A stretch of DNA of 64,000 nucleotides from Stegostoma tigrinum. Lineage: Eukaryota. The position numbers and the translations under genes are program-made. Under the pieces are notes generated by a model that saw only the letters and a list, made by a program, of their open reading frames with translations, was not told the origin of the DNA and did not search any database. Shown one piece after another: positions 62,001 to 64,000 of this stretch (the first letter of the stretch is position 1; each line of letters begins with the position of its first letter). The stretch is from positions 96,021,187 through 96,085,186 of the forward strand of contig NC_081362.1 of NCBI RefSeq assembly GCF_030684315.1, written 5' to 3'.

Positions 62001-62662
62001 TAGCAATTGTGCTCCTGAGATGCTGCTTGGCCTGCTGTGTTCAACCAGCTCCACACTTTGTTATCTTGGAAGCTTTTGTGCTCCTGGGATGCTGCTTGGC
62101 CTGCTGTGTTCATCCAGCTTTACACTTTGTTATCTTGGAAGCTTTTGTGCTCCTGAGATGCTGCTTGGCCTACTGTGTTCATCCATCTTCACACTTTGTT
62201 ACCTTGGATTCTCCAGCATCTGCAGTTCCCATTATCACTCCTTAATTAGCAATACTCAGGTTCTGTACCTGCCAGACGACAATTTGAACTGCCCTTCCCG
62301 ACCAGTGCCCCAGCTGACACTGCTTTGAAGGTTTGTGGGTTCATGAATCAGAAGTTCCTAGAGCTGCTCAAACAACTGTAGCAGAAAGACTGAAGGGACT
62401 TCTACATCCATGAGGTCAGACCCAGACTTTTTCCCTGGTGAGGGGTGAAGAGTTTGCCCTGTGGTGTAGTATGTGGGGAGGTTAGGTGCAGGAGGGGTTT
62501 GCTACCGGCTGTTGTGAAAATCCTGTGTCTTTCATTGTGTTTCAGTTGGAGGAAGGGGAGTTGTATTATGCTGATATCCAGTTCTTCCGAAAGAAAACTG
62601 AACAGCCAGCTACAGTGGTCACTGAGGAGTCAACCGAGTACGCTGCCATCAAATATACATAG
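13385..62662 (+). CDS. Whole spliced gene model: type I membrane IgSF receptor with 4 germline-joined VJ-type domains, TM and ITSM/ITIM/ITSM tail (594 aa; exons 13385-13439, 37993-38346, 46531-46875, 48601-48948, 51239-51583, 55773-55908, 57849-57892, 59548-59588, 62546-62662)
   Basis: All 8 introns are GT-AG with matching phases (1,1,1,1,1,2,1,0). Exon lengths 55+354+345+348+345+136+44+41+117 = 1785 nt = 595 codons with a single terminal TAG. The domain order is coherent. Confidence 0.85.
17050..17390 (-). mobile_element. HE1/V-SINE
   Basis: Reverse complement begins ggcatggtggctccatggttagcattgctgcctcacagtgcc and continues into the V-domain core. Confidence 0.8.
17663..17690 (-). ncRNA. Minimal type I hammerhead ribozyme core (PLE-associated)
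   Basis: Reverse complement CTGATGA-A-GGGTCTAGGCCC-GAAAC-GTC. Confidence 0.75.
17830..17857 (+). ncRNA. Minimal type I hammerhead ribozyme core (PLE-associated)
   Basis: CTGATGA...GGG-TCTAGG-CCC...GAAACGTC. Confidence 0.75.
18852..18879 (+). ncRNA. Minimal type I hammerhead ribozyme core (PLE-associated)
   Basis: Same 28-nt core as 17830-17857. Confidence 0.7.
19035..19750 (+). mobile_element. CR1 3' fragment interrupted by HE1 SINE (19168-19480, minus strand)
   Basis: RLRGDLIEVYKIMR. The SINE reverse complement starts gggtggcacagtggctcagtggttagcactgc and ends ...gtagggaatctaat. Confidence 0.88.
23483..24485 (-). mobile_element. Young 5'-truncated CR1 LINE with open RT C-terminal frame
   Basis: 317-aa ORF with VPQASVLGPLLF, KFADDTK and RGDLIEVYKIM; (TTCTATG)n tail at 23483-23505. 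Confidence 0.95.
24795..25430 (+). mobile_element. CR1 3' fragment
   Basis: KGNFFTQWVVPAWNELPEEVVEA; ACTCTATG tail. Confidence 0.85.
25740..26030 (+). mobile_element. HE1/V-SINE
   Basis: ggcagcatggtggtacagtgg...ccaaagatgtgca...gggcctgtttcc. Confidence 0.8.
26440..29265 (+). mobile_element. Decayed CR1 ORF2 interrupted by a Penelope element (27497-28566, minus) and a SINE (28810-29160)
   Basis: DKSPKPD and VTSDVPQGSV motifs. TSD ATGATTGTGGAG at 27485-27496 and 28567-28578. Confidence 0.88.
27497..28566 (-). mobile_element. Penelope-like element (Neptune-type) with Cys-rich linker and GIY-YIG
   Basis: FTCTSINVIYCI...LLYIGETKRRLGDRFEEHL; 12-bp TSD. Confidence 0.9.
29935..30395 (+). mobile_element. 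Penelope 3' pLTR fragment, near-identical to the 3' part of the 17559-18940 element
   Basis: Matches 18589-18850 almost base for base; hammerhead core at 30305-30332. Confidence 0.9.
30305..30332 (+). ncRNA. Minimal type I hammerhead ribozyme core (PLE-associated)
   Basis: CTGATGAAGGGTCTAGGCCCGAAACGTC. Confidence 0.75.
30480..35045 (+). mobile_element. Ancient, heavily decayed full-length CR1 with nested SINEs/PLE fragments
   Basis: Traces of the esterase (~30500-30790), APE (~31520-32000) and RT (EPVDILYLDFQE at ~34070). Confidence 0.7.
35075..36925 (+). mobile_element. Gypsy LTR retrotransposon remnant (LTR, degenerate tRNA-Pro PBS, gag fragment)
   Basis: TGGGCGCTCATGTCCTGGAT at ~36146 resembles TGGGGGCTCGTCCGGGAT. 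An E/R-rich coiled coil is followed by the gag motif LTKFDENFVEAIFISFEKSAKQMNWP. LTR boundaries are approximate. Confidence 0.6.
37075..37792 (-). mobile_element. Penelope 3' fragment ~200 bp upstream of the V1 exon
   Basis: Reverse complement of the GIY-YIG C-terminus and pLTR seen at 18375-18940. Confidence 0.9.
37993..38346 (+). CDS. Exon 2: Ig V-set domain 1 with germline J-like G strand
   Basis: Acceptor ttcacag|, donor |gtaagt. Encodes QTTLLQSPEAVTVTEGGTVTFRC...LHW...GFSERFQLSRNVTSNSYILTIRDLKLTDSNTYICEIWGKIYGNGTRLNVT, with canonical C23/W41/C104 and GxG. Confidence 0.95.
40090..41560 (+). mobile_element. Decayed CR1 ORF2 fragments
   Basis: APE/RT traces; FRRVRGVLIEVYQIL. Confidence 0.75.
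42847..44174. mobile_element. Penelope-like element (Poseidon-type GIY-YIG) in inverted head-to-head configuration with 14-bp TSD; nested Neptune pLTR piece at 43065-43142
   Basis: NVIYKILCKNCDKHYIGQTGRKLATRIHEHQ on the + arm and a partly deleted copy on the - arm. AACCTGATGACACT at 42833-42846 and 44175-44188. Nested TSD CAAATCAA at 43057-43064 and 43143-43150. Confidence 0.9.
44061..44094 (+). ncRNA. Minimal hammerhead ribozyme core (second PLE family)
   Basis: CTGATGA-T-GTTACC-TAGATT-GGTGAT-GAAAC-GTC; stem II GUUACC/GGUGAU. Confidence 0.7.
44395..45790 (-). mobile_element. CR1 RT/3' fragment
   Basis: QGSIMGPLLFVIF, SQFAADTK, RLRGDF. Confidence 0.88.
46531..46875 (+). CDS. Exon 3: Ig V-set domain 2 (VJ-joined)
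   Basis: Acceptor ttttcccttaaaag|, donor |gtaagt. Encodes ANPPILLQSPSLERVTEGHTARLQC...VHWY...DTGIYYCKVWGDISGNGSKLTVT. Confidence 0.95.
47140..47560 (-). mobile_element. LINE 3' fragment (same family as 10590-11170)
   Basis: Reverse-complement homology; further copies at 49400-50010, 56225-56490 and 20630-20800. Confidence 0.8.
48601..48948 (+). CDS. Exon 4: Ig V-set domain 3 (VJ-joined)
   Basis: Acceptor tttttcacacacag|, donor |gtaagg. Encodes PLADPVLIQYPRFSKVPEGETVEFQC...VHWHYQQPG...DSAVYHCSVWSYIYGAGSQLNVT. Confidence 0.95.
49400..50010 (-). mobile_element. LINE 3' fragment (same family as 10590-11170)
   Basis: KKFNSIQDNTA...SLHHQRSVSAVCTVYKVHC. Confidence 0.8.
50200..50540 (+). mobile_element. 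HE1/V-SINE
   Basis: ggagtttgcacatt...gtttcctcccactgtccaaagatgtgcaggtt core. Confidence 0.8.
51239..51583 (+). CDS. Exon 5: Ig V-set domain 4 (VJ-joined), paralogue of domain 2
   Basis: Acceptor ttcttgccttaaag|, donor |gtaagt. Encodes ANPPVLLQSPSLERVTEGHTARLQC...DTGVYYCKVWGDINGNGTLLSVM. Confidence 0.95.
52989..53070 (+). repeat. (GA)n compound microsatellite
   Basis: Seen directly in the sequence. Confidence 0.95.
53268..54435 (-). mobile_element. CR1 RT/3' fragment
   Basis: KAFDKVLHGRL, VTSGVPQGSVLGPLL, SKFADGTK. Confidence 0.92.
55160..55590 (-). mobile_element. Penelope 3' fragment
   Basis: Homologous to the 27500-27980 region. Confidence 0.75.
55773..55908 (+). CDS. Exon 6: transmembrane exon (EQSEELWLMIIIGVALAFVVLLCIFLIILLYVKKWACFQHRSKPEG)
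   Basis: Acceptor tatcttacag|, phase 1 in. About 26-residue uncharged hydrophobic helix followed by a KK stop-transfer signal. Donor |gtaatt, phase 2. Confidence 0.9.
57849..57892 (+). CDS. Exon 7: cytoplasmic exon with ITSM (TSEEELNTVYATVS)
   Basis: Acceptor catttcaaacag|, phase 2 in; donor |gtaagg, phase 1 out. Contains a TxYxxV motif preceded by acidic residues. Confidence 0.8.
58095..59420. repeat. 33-bp minisatellite (~40 units) in intron 7
   Basis: Unit GTGTGGCACTCTGTTAGTACTGAC[CCTTGGACA|CCTCCAGCA]; 11-aa periodicity in the ORF track. Confidence 0.97.
59548..59588 (+). CDS. Exon 8: short cytoplasmic exon (AEVQNKQMTASPPP)
   Basis: Acceptor ttcttatcttatttcag|, donor |gtaagt. Its phase 1 in / phase 0 out is exactly what is needed to join exon 7 to exon 9. 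Confidence 0.75.
60335..60870 (+). mobile_element. CR1 3' fragment
   Basis: MRGDLIEVYKMM...RFFTQRLV; TTCTATG tail. Confidence 0.9.
62008..62238 (+). mobile_element. Tandem (69-bp period, x3) Penelope terminal fragment with 15-bp TSD
   Basis: TCCTTAATTAGCAAT at 61993-62007 and 62239-62253; TGTGCTCCTG recurs at 62008, 62077 and 62146. Confidence 0.9.
62546..62662 (+). CDS. Exon 9 (terminal coding): ITIM LYYADI + ITSM-like TEYAAI (LEEGELYYADIQFFRKKTEQPATVVTEESTEYAAIKYT*)
   Basis: Acceptor ttcattgtgtttcag|, phase 0, TAG at 62660-62662. The ELxYAxI...TEYxxI layout is typical of terminal exons of inhibitory IgSF receptors such as CD33-related Siglecs and NITRs. Confidence 0.88.
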   Translation: MEEGELYYADIQFFRKKTEQPATVVTEESTEYAAIKYT

Positions 62663-63941
62663 TGACGAGCAATCAGTTCTTCAGCAAGTAATGAAGAGCA
62701 GTCTTTGCTGCCATTAACTCCAAAACCAGCAGAACGAAGGACAGTCAATCATCACAATTACTTATTGATATTTCTGCTTGATAATTATTCCAGAATTTGC
62801 ATGGTGCAGCTTCCTGGCAGAGTGAAGTCTCTGGGTAGTGAATCCATAAGGTGACCAGATTTTAAATAGCAAGAAACCAGGGTGAGTTTAATGGGCATGG
62901 GAAAGTTGGGCATTGCTGAGCTGATTGTTACCACATTGGGTGAACAGTGCAAAGAATCTCAAGGTTAGGCATAGAAATTGGAGTGGGTGGGAAACAGGGG
63001 GAAATAGTTATGTCATGACACTTTTTGGAATATCTTCAGCTGGGGTTCTCTGCTGCAGAAAGTTTTGAAGCTAAAACATTAACTATTTTCAAGATGGAGT
63101 TAGACATAATTCTTGGGGCTAAAGGGATCAAAAGGCATGGGGGCAGGGAAAGCAAGAACAGGGTTGTGAGTTTGACGATCAGCCATCATCATATTGAATG
63201 GCAGATAGGCTTGAAGGGCCACTCCTGTTTTCTCTTTCTCTGGCAGGGGTGTGGTGAGGAGTAGGGAGCGAGGCTGACTATTGGCAGGGAGGATACAGGG
63301 TTCGCTGTGTACAGTGCAACGTGAAGTAATAAGGGTTTCCTTGGAGAGAAACAAACATGTCACACTGACTTTTTCTGAAGTCCTGGTTTACACTCTTAAC
63401 TAAGGAGAGGTGAGAACTGAGTTATTTTAACTATTTTCTGGAAATTGTCAGGAACCCAGAAGACTTTAGAGAAACCAGGACAGTCCCTTAGGAAGCCTGG
63501 GAATCTGGTCACTCCCTGAGCCCACCAACAGCATCATCTGTTAGGATAGTGAGCCTAGTAGAAGCCAAACAGGCCTCCTGTTTAACAAACGTAGCAGGAA
63601 ATTCTCCCTTGTTAAACTTGACAAAATGAAACTGTCCTGGTGGCCAACAACAGCAGAATTCTGGACTCCTGAACCTTGTTCACATGCTTTCCCATGGAAG
63701 GTTCCATTGGACTAGTCTTCGTCATTGCTCATTAACAGAGAAGCAGTGAGCTGATTTGAGAAGAATGACTGTCAGCCATTTCAGTGCCTCATGTAACTGC
63801 ATCAAACAAAATAGAAAGCACTTTGGAGCAGAAATCTTAACAAATTGAAAATTTACTCAAGGCACTTTGGAACGACAAGGATTTTATTTTTATTCAAGTG
63901 CTTACAGCAGGACAGCTAACTGAGAAATAGTGACAAATCAA

Positions 63942-63947
63942 AATAAA
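63942..63947 (+). terminator. Candidate polyadenylation signal AATAAA (~1.3 kb 3' UTR)
   Basis: AATAAA in unique sequence downstream of the stop codon. No transcript evidence. Confidence 0.3.
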
Positions 63948-64000
63948 AATACTTGGAATGAACAGAGGGAAGAGTGAATTGGGATGAATGCTCAGTCAAA

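Noticed and set aside
13385-62662. Naming the gene PDCD1, SIRPA, NITR, PIGR/CD300 or a Siglec
   Set aside because: Domain number and type, cysteine pattern and J-like motifs do not match any of these architectures, so no symbol is assigned.

Overview
Vertebrate genomic DNA from an elasmobranch, most likely a shark. The evidence is HE1/V-SINEs, dense CR1 LINEs, Penelope-like elements and Deu-SINE remnants. Most of the window is decayed retroelements, and nearly all entries in the ORF track are repeat artefacts. Hidden in it on the + strand is one complete, apparently intact 9-exon gene (CDS 13385..62662), assembled here by hand from GT-AG sites with matching phases: 1785 nt, 594 aa. It encodes a signal peptide, FOUR tandem antigen-receptor-like V domains (each a single germline V+J-joined exon, with no RSS and no C domain), an uncharged transmembrane helix, and a tail with ITSM-ITIM-ITSM motifs (TVYATV, LYYADI, TEYAAI). 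This is a non-rearranging, inhibitory 'poly-VJ' immune receptor that I cannot assign to a named family. Secondary points: an ABAB internal duplication of the V domains; Penelope elements carrying minimal hammerhead ribozymes, including a tandem insertion whose units start exactly at the ribozyme cut site; a long Penelope inverted repeat in intron 2; and a 33-bp SINE-derived minisatellite between signalling exons.
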